DNA from: Candidatus Omnitrophota bacterium
GTDB lineage: Bacteria > Omnitrophota > Gorgyraeia > Gygaellales > Profunditerraquicolaceae
Length of the DNA stretch: 64,000 nt
Assembly: GCA_018825985.1 (NCBI GenBank)
Contig: JAHKAP010000077.1
Location: forward strand, 566-64,565
Direction: 5' to 3'
The position numbers were made by a program, and so were the translations under genes. This document shows positions 47,436-57,567 of this stretch, in pieces (the stretch's first letter is position 1; every line of letters begins with the position of its first letter). The notes beneath the pieces are model-generated. The model was not told where the DNA came from, searched no databases, and was given only the letters and a program-made list of their open reading frames with translations.

Positions 47436-47957
47436 TTAAAACTTTACGGCCTCACCAACACCGATTTTATGTTTATCCGTAAAGCCGGCGTTAACCTCCA
47501 AAACATACTTTGCGTTGACTTGCGGGGTATAACTAGGACATTCATATTGGCTGCAAGGCGGAACGTTCTTACGGATATCAACTATTATTTTATCCTGGTT
47601 TATCCAAATTATATCCAAAGGAAATTTCATATTCTTCATCCATATATTATGCCTGCCCCTATCCTTAAAAATAAAAAGCATGCCTTCTTTTTCACCCAAT
47701 TTCTCACGAAACATCAAGCCCCTGGACCTGTCTTGCGGAGAATCAACTATTTCAATCTGTATACAAACATTACGGATACAGGCCTGACGGATTTGAGCAT
47801 ATAAAGGAGACAGGAAAAAAATTAATAATAAAATCGGGGACAATCCCCGGGAAACGGGGATAGAAAATAGGAAAAAAAACCTTGGGGACAGTCCCCTTAA
47901 GAACCTTCGTAGATAGCTTTGTACGGAGACAGTCCCTATGTTAGGGCAGAATGCCAT
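47436..47957 (-). CDS. DUF192 family exported protein (start uncertain)
   Basis: RGLMFR, GMLF, WMKNMKFPLD and YVLEVNAG motifs. Confidence 0.85.
   Translation of the reverse strand: MAFCPNIGTVSVQSYLRRFLRGLSPRFFFLFSIPVSRGLSPILLLIFFLSPLYAQIRQACIRNVCIQIEIVDSPQDRSRGLMFREKLGEKEGMLFIFKDRGRHNIWMKNMKFPLDIIWINQDKIIVDIRKNVPPCSQYECPSYTPQVNAKYVLEVNAGFTDKHKIGVGEAVKF
47836..47937. repeat. GGGACAGTCCC repeat cluster (53-bp element, copy 2)
   Basis: 47885-47937 matches 39486-39538 at 43/53 positions without gaps; additional CGGGGACAATCCCCG at 47836. Confidence 0.85.
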
Positions 47958-48903
47958 TTTCTTTATATTTTAAATAGTCTTCTAAGATATTTTTGTGGTC
48001 AAAAGCAAAATCCAAACCCTTTATCTCATCCAGTTTAATTACTTTCAAACCGGCTGCGTCGTCTCCAGCCTTAGGCGTTCCAATACCCCTTGCCAGGAAA
48101 ACCGTACCAATAGTATGAAAACGGGGGTCGCGATCAGGATTAGAATAAGTATGGAATTGCCTGAGATCCTGTAATTCCAGATCGGTCTCTTCTTTCATCT
48201 CCCTCTTAACCGCATCTTCCAGACATTCGCCATAATCTACGAATCCTCCGGGCAAAGCCCAGCCAAAAGGAGGATTACTTCTTTGAATAATCACAATACC
48301 TGTTTGAACGCCTGATACCGGGACTTCGATAATAGCGTCTACAGTAGTAAAAGGCCCGCTTTGTAACTTATGTATGATATATTCTAAATAACTAATAACA
48401 TTCTTATTAAATGCATCCAAAGCTTCCCGGTCATACAAACAGAATATTATCTCCTGAATAGAAGTTTTGTTTTCTTTTAAATGCCTAAATGCCTCTTGGG
48501 CCATAATCTTAGCCGCGGCTACTAAAGAAAATCCTCCTACTCCGCAGCCTAAGGCTGGGAATGCAATAGAATTTACCTTTAATTCATCCGCAACCAGTAA
48601 TGCAGCACGACAGGAATTTCGGATTTTAACTTCATCAGTCTTGAAATCCATTCCCATAGTTGCGGCATGGATAACATATTTAGCCGGCAAATTTCCCGCT
48701 GCGGTTGCAACCGCCTCCCCGATCTTAATAGGCCCTAATTTAGCCGCTTCATCCTCGATATCTTTTCCGCCTTTTCTTCTTATTACTCCGGCAACTCCTC
48801 CGCCCATAACCAATTTATTATTAGCGGCATTGACTATAGCGTCCACCTTCAATTCCGTTATATCGCCTTGAATAATTTTTATCTCAGTGTTTTTTATTTT
48901 CAT
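47941..48903 (-). CDS. Macrodomain-Nudix hydrolase fusion
   Basis: GDIT, VNAAN, GGGVAG and PALGCGVGG; Nudix box PGGFVDYGE...REMKEET and RDPR. Confidence 0.9.
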   Translation of the reverse strand: MKIKNTEIKIIQGDITELKVDAIVNAANNKLVMGGGVAGVIRRKGGKDIEDEAAKLGPIKIGEAVATAAGNLPAKYVIHAATMGMDFKTDEVKIRNSCRAALLVADELKVNSIAFPALGCGVGGFSLVAAAKIMAQEAFRHLKENKTSIQEIIFCLYDREALDAFNKNVISYLEYIIHKLQSGPFTTVDAIIEVPVSGVQTGIVIIQRSNPPFGWALPGGFVDYGECLEDAVKREMKEETDLELQDLRQFHTYSNPDRDPRFHTIGTVFLARGIGTPKAGDDAAGLKVIKLDEIKGLDFAFDHKNILEDYLKYKENGILP

Positions 48904-49319
48904 TATTCACCGATAATTTTAACCAACACGCGCTTTTTGCGCTGGCCGTCAAACTCTGCGTAAAATATCTGTTCCCAGGGCCCGAAGTCAAGCCTACCTT
49001 TGGTTATAGCCGCTACCACTTCCCTACCCATGATCGTTCTTTTCAAGTGGGCGTCGGCATTGTCTTCTCCGGTTAGATTATGCTTATATTTATCCTTGCC
49101 AAAAGGAGCCAGTTTTTCCAACCACTCCCCAAAATCCTTATGCAGACCACCTTCATCATCATTAATAAAAACGCTGGAGGTAATATGCATGGCGTTGACC
49201 AAACACAAGCCTTCCTTTATCCCGCTTTTTTCCAATTGATTCTCAACAAGAGGCGTAATATTAATAAACTCCTGGCGATTTTTGGTATTGAACCAAAGGT
49301 AACCTGTATGTGTTTTCAT
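48903..49319 (-). CDS. YjbQ/UPF0047 family protein
   Basis: [13 protein letters not shown] and [13 protein letters not shown] motifs. Confidence 0.9.
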   Translation of the reverse strand: MKTHTGYLWFNTKNRQEFINITPLVENQLEKSGIKEGLCLVNAMHITSSVFINDDEGGLHKDFGEWLEKLAPFGKDKYKHNLTGEDNADAHLKRTIMGREVVAAITKGRLDFGPWEQIFYAEFDGQRKKRVLVKIIGE

Positions 49320-50029
49320 TCCAGCCGCTCCAATATTAACCGGTTGTTCACTTGATCGATCTTAAAATTAAAATTTTTTAAAAACGACATCCCCAGCAAA
49401 CCGTCCTTAAAATTTATCCCGCTGACATCATCAAGTAAAACCGCGGCATCCACTTTCTTAGCCTCAACCCCCTGGACCTTTAAACTCTCTAATAGCACAT
49501 ATTGGGCATTGACCTGCCTGCCGTCAGCCACCTGCATTTTAACAATGCTTTTTTTCTTATCCTTATCTACACCCAGCCTTCTGCCTATTTCATTTGATAA
49601 TAAAACAAATGAAGCTCCCGTATCTAATAACATTTCCGCGGAAACTTCATCATTTATCCTAGTCTGCACAAAGATATGACCGCTCTGCCGGGACACCTTT
49701 ACTTCCTTAGGCTTCAAACTCTCCGCTTTAGCCTTGGCCGCTTCTATCCGGGATTCCTCTTCCTGTTTTCTGATCCTGCCTATCCGTTGTTTTTCCCATT
49801 TCTGGCGCAAAAGCGCTGATTCTATCTGATTTGACCGGTATATTTTATCTATATCGCTTTTTCTAAAGCCTACTATACCTAATCCGATATCCAGGCTGAC
49901 ACTGTCCTCGTCTTCACTCTTAATAAAACCCTCGATACTGCGTCCGTTTTTAAGATATACGGTATCTGCCCAGGAATCCTTAATAACAAATAAAAAGATA
50001 AACGTTCCTAAAATTAATTTAAACCTCAT
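49316..50029 (-). CDS. Clan AA (retropepsin-like) aspartic protease, exported
   Basis: LDTGAS and LLGMSFL; N-terminal ADTVYLKNG module after a signal peptide; start placed at MRFKLI. Confidence 0.85.
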   Translation of the reverse strand: MRFKLILGTFIFLFVIKDSWADTVYLKNGRSIEGFIKSEDEDSVSLDIGLGIVGFRKSDIDKIYRSNQIESALLRQKWEKQRIGRIRKQEEESRIEAAKAKAESLKPKEVKVSRQSGHIFVQTRINDEVSAEMLLDTGASFVLLSNEIGRRLGVDKDKKKSIVKMQVADGRQVNAQYVLLESLKVQGVEAKKVDAAVLLDDVSGINFKDGLLGMSFLKNFNFKIDQVNNRLILERLE

Positions 50030-50033
50030 TGAT

Positions 50034-50543
50034 TTAGCGCTGATAGATCCCATTATAGCCCGCATCAGTCTCATTCATCCTCAAAAAAACCAGTTGGATG
50101 ATCCGAGAGTTTTGTTTGATCTTAATACCGTTAAAATTCTCAACCACTAAAACAAATTCACTTTCACCCCGAAAACCGGCATCCCAAATCCCGGTCTGGG
50201 TAAAAGCCCCCAACCTTAAAAGTGAACTCCGGGGAAAAGCAATCCCTACCAGATCCAAAGGCAAGTTAACAACCTCATTGGTCCTTATCTTATATATCCC
50301 TTTTTTAAGCAGCCACCAACCAAATTTATCTTCTGGGTTTTCTTTTCCCGGTACCAATTCAATGCACTCAGAAAGCCTCCTGTCTTTATTCGAGAAATCA
50401 AGAATGCCGCAATCCTTAAATTCAAATATCTTCTTCACAGTCAGATCTATGCCATTTGGGGTGAGTTGAACAGAAAGGTCAATATATTCCGAAATCAGGC
50501 TCTTTTCTTCGATAAATTTCTCTATCTCTTGCCGGTTAAGCAT
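50034..50543 (-). CDS. dUTPase/dCTP deaminase family protein
   Basis: PNGIDL, PRSSLLR, WDAGFRG and YNGIYQ motifs. Confidence 0.85.
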   Translation of the reverse strand: MLNRQEIEKFIEEKSLISEYIDLSVQLTPNGIDLTVKKIFEFKDCGILDFSNKDRRLSECIELVPGKENPEDKFGWWLLKKGIYKIRTNEVVNLPLDLVGIAFPRSSLLRLGAFTQTGIWDAGFRGESEFVLVVENFNGIKIKQNSRIIQLVFLRMNETDAGYNGIYQR

Positions 50544-50928
50544 CTTTGCCTTTCAACCTTATCCGGATCTCATCCGGCATAACCTTAGGTTTAAAATTAC
50601 TCCCGATATAGACTAAAGTAGTCGCAGCCGAAACGCAAATTTCACCTTTTTGGTTTTTTATTATGTGTTCAAATTTAATCCGGACCGCGGATATTTCACT
50701 TATCTCACTCTCCACTTCTAAAACATCACCGTAAAAAGCCGGGGCCTTATAATCCACAACCTGACGGCTGACCACGAAAAATTCACTCCTGGCCATCTGC
50801 TCTTTTAAAAAAACTCCCCGTTCAGCCATAAATTCAGTGCGGGCCTCTTCCATAAACTTCAGGTAATTGGCGTAATAAACCGGCCCTTCGGAATCAGTAT
50901 GGTGATAATAGATCTTTTCTTTTATCAT
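50536..50928 (-). CDS. YbgC-like acyl-CoA thioesterase
   Basis: TDSEGPVYYANYLKFMEEAR. Confidence 0.85.
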   Translation of the reverse strand: MIKEKIYYHHTDSEGPVYYANYLKFMEEARTEFMAERGVFLKEQMARSEFFVVSRQVVDYKAPAFYGDVLEVESEISEISAVRIKFEHIIKNQKGEICVSAATTLVYIGSNFKPKVMPDEIRIRLKGKDA

Positions 50929-51006
50929 GGAGAACCTTTAAAATTACCTATTTAGCGACATCCCCCGTAGCTCTACCGTCATCCTAAGCAAAAAAACGTA
51001 GGAGGA

Positions 51007-51381
51007 TCAAAGTTTCCTAATAAATTTCTTGAGATATTTTAAACTAACATAAAATATAATTATTCCCGCGCAATCGATTAAAACATCCTCCAGGCTCGGG
51101 CCGCGGGTTGGAACGAAATACTGATGGATCTCATCGGAAACAGCGTAGAGAATAGAAAGCGCCCCCGGCCAGAAAAATAAATTCAGCCTACTGGGGATAA
51201 ACGTCCCTTTAAATGCCCGATATAAAAGTAAGGTCAGGATGAAATATTCGGTTATATGGGATATTTTTCTTAAAACAAAATCCCATAATCCCCAGGGAGT
51301 TTCCAGTGATGAGATGCCGGAAATGTAAAAGATCAACCAACACCAGAATAAAACCGGAAACCAGAGTTTTAATAATTTCAT
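51007..51381 (-). CDS. VanZ family membrane protein
   Basis: RKISHITEY, DEIHQYFVPTR and DVLID motifs. Confidence 0.88.
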   Translation of the reverse strand: MKLLKLWFPVLFWCWLIFYISGISSLETPWGLWDFVLRKISHITEYFILTLLLYRAFKGTFIPSRLNLFFWPGALSILYAVSDEIHQYFVPTRGPSLEDVLIDCAGIIIFYVSLKYLKKFIRKL

Positions 51382-51383
51382 TA

Positions 51384-51803
51384 TTATTCGCCTATAAGCT
51401 GGATTATTATTTTGCGCTTTCTCGGCCGGTTGTCAAATTCCGCTAAAACTACCTGCTGCCAGGTGCCTAACAAAAGTTTTCCGTCTTCGAAAGGTATGAC
51501 TAAAGATGGGCCCTGGATACTCGCTCTCACGTGGCTAAAACCATTGGCATCGCCCCAGGTCTCATCATGCTTATAAGTCTTATCTGAAGGAATAATCTTC
51601 TCATAAAATTCCCGGATATCCTGGATTAAACCAGGTTCATACTCAAAAGTAGTTACGCCGGCTGTTGAACCAACCACAAATACGGTTAAATTGCCTTTTT
51701 TAAATCCGGATGATTCCAGTATTTCTTCGATCTCAACGCTAATATTGATCAAATCCGGATTACCCTTAGTATCTTTTTGGATAGCCTTAGAGATTATTTT
51801 CAA
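51384..51803 (-). CDS. YjbQ/UPF0047 family protein (second paralogue)
   Basis: GSTAG, NGFSHVRAS and LGTWQQVVLAEFD motifs. Confidence 0.9.
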   Translation of the reverse strand: MKIISKAIQKDTKGNPDLINISVEIEEILESSGFKKGNLTVFVVGSTAGVTTFEYEPGLIQDIREFYEKIIPSDKTYKHDETWGDANGFSHVRASIQGPSLVIPFEDGKLLLGTWQQVVLAEFDNRPRKRKIIIQLIGE

Positions 51804-52447
51804 CGGCTTCTTTCCACCTTTATCCTTTTACAAAACTTCAATACCGCGCACCTGCTGCACCATGGGCTAACGGGCAGACAGATATTCTGCCCGAAAGTCA
51901 CCATTATGGTATTCAACTTTATCCAGTATAACTTAGGAAAAATTTTTTTCAAGGATTCTTCGCTCTGTTGCGGAATCCTGGTTTTAATCCAGCCTAAACG
52001 GTTAGAGATACGATGGACATGGGTATCCACGCAGATACTGGGTATCTTAAAGCCCAAACCTAAAACCAAGTTAGCGGTTTTTCTGCCCACCCCCTTAAAC
52101 TTCAACAATTCATCTATAGCGCCCGGAACCTTACTTTTATACTCCTGGACTATTTTTTTGCTTATATTTAAGATTATCCTGGCTTTAGTATGATAAAATC
52201 CTGCCGGGTAGATTAACTTTTCTATTACGGATACCGGAAGCTTAGATATTTTCTTAGGAGTGCTGGCTTTCTGAAATAGTTTTCTGCTGGCTTCAATAGT
52301 AGTTTTATCTTTGGTGCGCAGGCTTAAAATACAAGAAATTAAAACCAGGAAGGGATCTTTTCTAAAGGATACAACCGTAACCGACGGAACCTGAAACTTT
52401 TTAATCTGTTTTTTAATTAACTTAAATTGCCTTAAAGCGCTTATCAC
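51800..52447 (-). CDS. nth: Endonuclease III
   Basis: HhH GVGRKTAN, VDTHVHR and C-X6-C-X2-C-X5-C. Confidence 0.92.
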   Translation of the reverse strand: MISALRQFKLIKKQIKKFQVPSVTVVSFRKDPFLVLISCILSLRTKDKTTIEASRKLFQKASTPKKISKLPVSVIEKLIYPAGFYHTKARIILNISKKIVQEYKSKVPGAIDELLKFKGVGRKTANLVLGLGFKIPSICVDTHVHRISNRLGWIKTRIPQQSEESLKKIFPKLYWIKLNTIMVTFGQNICLPVSPWCSRCAVLKFCKRIKVERSR

Positions 52448-53898
52448 GAATTCTTCTTTATGATTGCTGCGGCTGCTTTTAAACCGTTGCTTTTGCTCAT
52501 AATCTTGCCGATGCCCTGGAGTTCGTCCAGCTCAGCCAATACCTTGCCAATTAAAGGAGATGGTTTTAATTTGAATTTTTTTATCAGGTCGTCACCGTTA
52601 ACCAAGCGCGGAATTTCTTTAGTTTCTAAGTCCTTAAAATACTCCCGGACCAGCTTTTTGATCATTTTTTCATGGCGGAGCCGGGAATCTTCGGTAGCGA
52701 AAACTCCTTTGGTTGCCCTCTGGTCAGCCAGGGAAAGTAAAAGCACGCTTAGAGATTCGCTTCCGGTATCCCGGAAAAACCTGAACTTTGCCCGGGGGCT
52801 GACTAAATCGTTATTTGCCAAATAACCCGGCCTTAAATGGCAAAAGGTGATCTGCCTTAACATGCGGGTCTCTTCATTAGAGAGTTTAAGCCGAACACCT
52901 ATATCCTTTATCATTCTTGAGCCTACGGCCTCATGCCCGTAAAAAGTAAATTTACCCTTTTCTTTACGTAAAGTCAACGGCTTACCTATATCATGCAAAA
53001 GCGCGGCCAGTTTAAGCAATTCATAGCGCTTTCTGCCTGATGATATCTCCTGGAACAGATAATCCCGGATCTTGATATTCTTAAAACCGGATTTAATGAT
53101 CAACTCCAGCTGCCTTAAAGTCTCCAGGGTATGCCCCCAAACATCTAAATGATGATAGCGCCCCTGGTTTAATTTATGCAACGGCTTTATTTCTTTAAAT
53201 ATAAGGGGCAATATTTTATATTGATCCAATTCGCCGATAAATTCCCCGGCTCGTCCGGAGGATAAAATCTTAAAAAATTCATCCCGTATCCTTTCAAAGG
53301 ATGTAACGGATAACTTGGTTTTTTTTGACTCCAATAGTTTTAAAGTTTTCGATTCTATGCCAAAGTTAAATAAACTCGCCAGGCTGAAAGCACGCAAGAT
53401 CCTCAATGGGTCTTCATCAAAGGCCTTAGGATTGATCACCCTGATTAATTTTGATTTTAAATCCTTCCTAGCGCCATAAAGGTCAACTACCAAATTATCC
53501 AAACCCGGGCTACAAAATACTTCCTCTAACCCCAAGGCTAAACTATTAATGGTAAAATCACGATCCAGCAGATCATCCTGCAGGGTCTTACCGCGGAAGT
53601 CGCTAAAATCCAGGGTATAGTTAAGGTCATTGATCTTTTTTACCAGGCGGGCGCAACCATGCTCCTGATCCAGGATCACAAAACCAGCTCTTAATTCGCG
53701 GGAGAGTTGCCGGCTAAAATTTATCGCTCCTTTTTTAAGGCAAAAATCCAGATCCGGATTTTCTTTCTCCCTGCCTAGGAAAATATCCCGCAAGGCCCCA
53801 CCTACAATATAAAGCTTAATTCTTTTTACTCGGGCAAAATCAAGGACCGCCTTTAAAATGGGCCTATGTTTATCCTTCCATTCAAGGTAATAATCCAT
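52444..53898 (-). CDS. CCA-adding/poly(A) polymerase family nucleotidyltransferase with HD domain
   Basis: VGGALRD, DLD, RDFTIN, DPLRILR and LHDIGK motifs. Confidence 0.9.
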   Translation of the reverse strand: MDYYLEWKDKHRPILKAVLDFARVKRIKLYIVGGALRDIFLGREKENPDLDFCLKKGAINFSRQLSRELRAGFVILDQEHGCARLVKKINDLNYTLDFSDFRGKTLQDDLLDRDFTINSLALGLEEVFCSPGLDNLVVDLYGARKDLKSKLIRVINPKAFDEDPLRILRAFSLASLFNFGIESKTLKLLESKKTKLSVTSFERIRDEFFKILSSGRAGEFIGELDQYKILPLIFKEIKPLHKLNQGRYHHLDVWGHTLETLRQLELIIKSGFKNIKIRDYLFQEISSGRKRYELLKLAALLHDIGKPLTLRKEKGKFTFYGHEAVGSRMIKDIGVRLKLSNEETRMLRQITFCHLRPGYLANNDLVSPRAKFRFFRDTGSESLSVLLLSLADQRATKGVFATEDSRLRHEKMIKKLVREYFKDLETKEIPRLVNGDDLIKKFKLKPSPLIGKVLAELDELQGIGKIMSKSNGLKAAAAIIKKNS

Positions 53899-53900
53899 AT

Positions 53901-54374
53901 CTAAATTTTGAAAATTAAAGCTTTTAAAGAATCCAGGTCAACGATTGCGACTGTGGCCTTACCGTAAAGCCATCCGCTGGCTTCTCCGGGATTAACCATT
54001 AGTTTGGCTGGTTTTTTTATGACCTCAAAACAATGGGTATGCCCATAGACGATCAGGTCTGCCTTCTCCTTATCCGGATCGATCGTATTTAAAGAATGGA
54101 CCAGGGTAATTCTTTTTTTATTCAATTTTATCCTTAAGGGGCCCTGACGGATCCTTCCTTTTGACATCTTTGCCAAGCCAACTTTCTCTCCGTCATTATT
54201 TCCGAATACCCCAATCCATTTGCATTTCAATTTTATTAATTTGATTATCGTAAAGGGAGCGACAAAATCTCCGGCATGCAGGACGAAATCCACTTTTTTA
54301 CGGTTAAAAAACTTAACCGCCTTTTCTATGTTTGGCAGGTTATCGTGGGTATCGGAAAATAAGCCTATCTTCAC
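53901..54374 (-). CDS. YfcE-like metallophosphoesterase
   Basis: SDTHDN, GD, GNND, GHTH and NPG motifs. Confidence 0.9.
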   Translation of the reverse strand: MKIGLFSDTHDNLPNIEKAVKFFNRKKVDFVLHAGDFVAPFTIIKLIKLKCKWIGVFGNNDGEKVGLAKMSKGRIRQGPLRIKLNKKRITLVHSLNTIDPDKEKADLIVYGHTHCFEVIKKPAKLMVNPGEASGWLYGKATVAIVDLDSLKALIFKI

Positions 54375-54379
54375 TGGGT

Positions 54380-54808
54380 TTACTTATCCTTCTGATCCAT
54401 ATCCGGATTATCCAAAGTCTCCAATTTATTCATAATAGAATCTTCTACTATTATCGGAACATGGGCCCTGACTGCCAAGGCTATACTATCTGAGGGGCGG
54501 GCGTCAATGACTATAATACCGCCATCCTTGGTCTTTATGGCAAGTTTGGCATGAAAGGTATTTTCTTCAAGTTTATCAATAATAACTTTATCTATGCTAG
54601 CTTCCAAGTCCCTGATTATAGAGAATAAAAGGTCATGAGTCAAAGGACGTGGAGGATTAAAACCACTGATCTTAAGTTTGATGGCTGAGGCCTCATTTAA
54701 ACCGATGACGATCGGCAAAAGCCGGTTTCCGCCTTTTTCCTTTAATACTATCAATTGATCATGCCTTTTTTCATCAATGATTATTTTATTTAATTCCATT
54801 TCAACCAT
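54380..54808 (-). CDS. Bifunctional nuclease (DUF151) family protein
   Basis: LPIVIG, RPLTHDL and DARPSDSIALA motifs. Confidence 0.9.
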   Translation of the reverse strand: MVEMELNKIIIDEKRHDQLIVLKEKGGNRLLPIVIGLNEASAIKLKISGFNPPRPLTHDLLFSIIRDLEASIDKVIIDKLEENTFHAKLAIKTKDGGIIVIDARPSDSIALAVRAHVPIIVEDSIMNKLETLDNPDMDQKDK

Positions 54809-54830
54809 AGATAAGGCTCCTTATTATAAT

Positions 54831-55301
54831 TTAAGGCTGTTTCACCTTTTCCTTGCCTAAAATATCCTTTAACTCAACCATAAACTGACTGACATCCTTG
54901 AATTGGCGGTAAACTGAGGCAAACCTTACATAGGCGACATCATCTAAGCCTTTTAGCTTCTCCATAATCAATTCCCCGATCCGCGAAGAAGGAACTTCCC
55001 GAACCGGTTTCTTCTGGATGGAGCGCTCCACAAGAGTAACCACCTCTTCCATCTTTTCTATACTGATCGGCCTTTTTTCACAGGCTTTAATGATCCCGCT
55101 TAAGATTTTCTTGCGGTCAAATGCCTGCCTGCGGCCGTCTCTTTTAATGACCATTAAAGGAGCGTTTTCGATATATTCATAGGTAGTGAAACGCTTGCGG
55201 CATTTTATACACTCCCGCCTGCGCCGGATCGCTAATTCGCTTTGCACTGCCCGGGAATCCACCACCTTATCTTCCTTATAACCGCAAAAAGGGCATTTCA
55301 T
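54831..55301 (-). CDS. nrdR: Transcriptional repressor NrdR
   Basis: MKCPFC, RRRREC, RFTTYE, ATP cone and AYVRFASVY; start moved to 55301. Confidence 0.96.
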   Translation of the reverse strand: MKCPFCGYKEDKVVDSRAVQSELAIRRRRECIKCRKRFTTYEYIENAPLMVIKRDGRRQAFDRKKILSGIIKACEKRPISIEKMEEVVTLVERSIQKKPVREVPSSRIGELIMEKLKGLDDVAYVRFASVYRQFKDVSQFMVELKDILGKEKVKQP

Positions 55302-55323
55302 AGTCGCTCCTATATTCTTCCTT

Positions 55324-55388
55324 TTCCCGCCTGGCAATTTAACTATCGGACGGGATCCCGCCTATGAATTAAATACTATGGGCGGGAA
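55324..55388. repeat. 65-bp TTCCCGCC...ACGGGATCCCGCCT...GGCGGGAA element, copy 2
   Basis: Same ends, core and length as 4587-4651; overlaps the stop of the deaminase gene. Confidence 0.8.
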
Positions 55389-55861
55389 GGCTTAAAATTC
55401 CTTATCTTGATTCCGGCCTCTTTTAAAAAATCTTTGGCCATTTTATCCGGATAACCGTCACTGATAACGATCTCTTTTATCCCGGCGTTGATGAGCATCT
55501 TGGCACAGATAACGCAAGGCTGATTAGTAACATATATTACGCTTTCTTTAACACTGATCCCGTAAAGCGATGCCTGTATAATCGCGTTCTGCTCAGCATG
55601 CAGGCCCCGGCAGAGTTCATGACGCTCGCCTGAAGGAATCTTCATCTTTTCGCGTAAACATCCTATCTCCAGACAATGACCCAGGCCGCTGGGAGCGCCG
55701 TTGTAACCTGTTGCCAACATCCGTTTATTCTTCACTATCACCGCGCCCACATTCCGGCGCATACAGGTGCTGCGCTGAGAGACTAGCCTAGCGATCTGAA
55801 TAAAATATTCATCCCAACTGATCCTTTTCTTCTGAGCCTTTTTTTTGGTTTTATTTATCAT
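55376..55861 (-). CDS. dCMP deaminase (ComEB-like)
   Basis: WDEYF, TGYNG, HAEQNA and PCVIC motifs. Confidence 0.92.
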   Translation of the reverse strand: MINKTKKKAQKKRISWDEYFIQIARLVSQRSTCMRRNVGAVIVKNKRMLATGYNGAPSGLGHCLEIGCLREKMKIPSGERHELCRGLHAEQNAIIQASLYGISVKESVIYVTNQPCVICAKMLINAGIKEIVISDGYPDKMAKDFLKEAGIKIRNFKPSRP

Positions 55862-55871
55862 AGATTCCTTG

Positions 55872-57119
55872 TTATTTTGACAGTTCCGGGTATAAGGGGA
55901 ACTTGGAAGTCAAATCCAAGACCCCTTGTTTTATTTTGGATAATTTATCTTCATCATTGCGGAAAGTAACGGCCTGATCAATAAAATCAGCTACCCTGTC
56001 GATCTCGTTTTCTTTGATCCCCCGGGTGGTTATTGCCGGTGTGCCAATGCGGATCCCGCTGGCGAGAGCAGGAGACAACTGATCATAAGGTATCAGGTTC
56101 TTATTCAGGGTAATATTAACCCTGCCTAATAATTCCTGAGCTTCCTTACCGGTTATATTCTTAGAGGTCAGGTCCACTAAAATCATATGGTTATCTGTCC
56201 CGCCGGTGATGATCCTAAAACCCCTCTCCTGTAATTTTTCTGCCATCCGCTTACTGTTCTTTACGATCTGGGACTGATAAGCCTTAAATTCAGCTGTTTT
56301 CGCTTCATAAAATGCTACGGCCTTGGCGGCAATCACATGCATTAGCGGGCCACCCTGCATGCCGGGGAATACAAGAGAATCTAACTTTTTGGCAAATTCT
56401 TTTTTGGCCAGGATAAATCCGCCGCGGGGTCCGCGAAGAGTCTTATGAGTAGTCGAAGTAACGAATTCAGCATAAGGAAGAGGTGAAGGATGGATACCCG
56501 CAGCTACCAACCCGGCGATATGTGCCATATCCACAAAAAGAAAACTGCCGGACTTATCAGCTATTTCTCTTAAGTTTTTGAAATCTATCTCCCTGGGATA
56601 AGCCGAAGCTCCGGCCAGGATAAATTTAGGCTTGTGCTTTTTGGCTAAGTCCTCAATTTGATTATAATCAATCCTCTCAGTCTGTTTGTCTACGCCGTAG
56701 GCTATCTGGTTATAAAAGATACCGGAAAAATTTTTCGGGCTGCCGTGAGAAAGATGACCTCCACAGGCTAAATCCATAGCCAAATAGGTATCTTTCGGCT
56801 CTAAGGCCACAAAATAAACAGCCATATTAGCCTGGGTCCCGGAATGAGGCTGAACATTGGCATATTCAGCGCCGAATAATTCCTTTACCCGTTGGATCGC
56901 CAAATCTTCAACCATATCTACATATTCGCATCCACCATACCAACGCCGGCCAGGATACCCTTCAGCGTATTTATTGGTCATTACTGACCCCTGGGCCTCC
57001 ATTACCGCTAAAGAGGTAAAGTTCTCTGAGGCGATCAATTCCAAATGCTCTTGCTGCCTTTTGATCTCCTGCTGAACCGCCTCATAAACCCGGGGGTCAA
57101 CCTTTTTTAAATGTTCCAT
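55872..57119 (-). CDS. glyA: Serine hydroxymethyltransferase
   Basis: LIASENF, YAEGYPG and [12 protein letters not shown] motifs. Confidence 0.97.
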   Translation of the reverse strand: MEHLKKVDPRVYEAVQQEIKRQQEHLELIASENFTSLAVMEAQGSVMTNKYAEGYPGRRWYGGCEYVDMVEDLAIQRVKELFGAEYANVQPHSGTQANMAVYFVALEPKDTYLAMDLACGGHLSHGSPKNFSGIFYNQIAYGVDKQTERIDYNQIEDLAKKHKPKFILAGASAYPREIDFKNLREIADKSGSFLFVDMAHIAGLVAAGIHPSPLPYAEFVTSTTHKTLRGPRGGFILAKKEFAKKLDSLVFPGMQGGPLMHVIAAKAVAFYEAKTAEFKAYQSQIVKNSKRMAEKLQERGFRIITGGTDNHMILVDLTSKNITGKEAQELLGRVNITLNKNLIPYDQLSPALASGIRIGTPAITTRGIKENEIDRVADFIDQAVTFRNDEDKLSKIKQGVLDLTSKFPLYPELSK

Positions 57120-57567
57120 TCTCTATCTTCCTTTCAATCGCCCTGATTTGATTAAGCCTTTTAATGTGCCTTCCGCCTTCAAATTCGGTATTTAACCATA
57201 TCCCTAAGATCTTTAAAGCTTTTTTTTCTTTTGAGAATAAAGCTCCTAACACCAGTATATTACTATCATTATGCCGGCGGGAAAGAACAGCCGCTTTGGG
57301 ATTATAACATAGGGCTGCCCTTACCTTAGGGAATTTATTGGCTACAATAGAATTGCCGATACCGCTCTTACAGATCAATACCCCTCTTTTATATTTTCCC
57401 AGGGAGACACTTCTGGCTAAGGCATAAGCGAACTGGGGATAATCGCAGCGCTTCTCGGAAAAAGCCCCGCAATCCTTAACCTTAAAACCTTTTTTAACCA
57501 GGTAGGTTTTTAATTTATCTTTTAAATTAAAACCGCCGTGGTCAGAGGCTATGGCAATATTCTTCAT
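57097..57567 (-). CDS. rpiB: Ribose-5-phosphate isomerase B
   Basis: SDHGG, CKSGIG, HNDSN and FEGGRH motifs. Confidence 0.93.
   Translation of the reverse strand: MKNIAIASDHGGFNLKDKLKTYLVKKGFKVKDCGAFSEKRCDYPQFAYALARSVSLGKYKRGVLICKSGIGNSIVANKFPKVRAALCYNPKAAVLSRRHNDSNILVLGALFSKEKKALKILGIWLNTEFEGGRHIKRLNQIRAIERKIENGTFKKG

Noticed and set aside
48903-51803. Two YjbQ paralogues as a recent duplication
   Set aside because: The proteins are highly diverged and no DNA-level repeat is visible.
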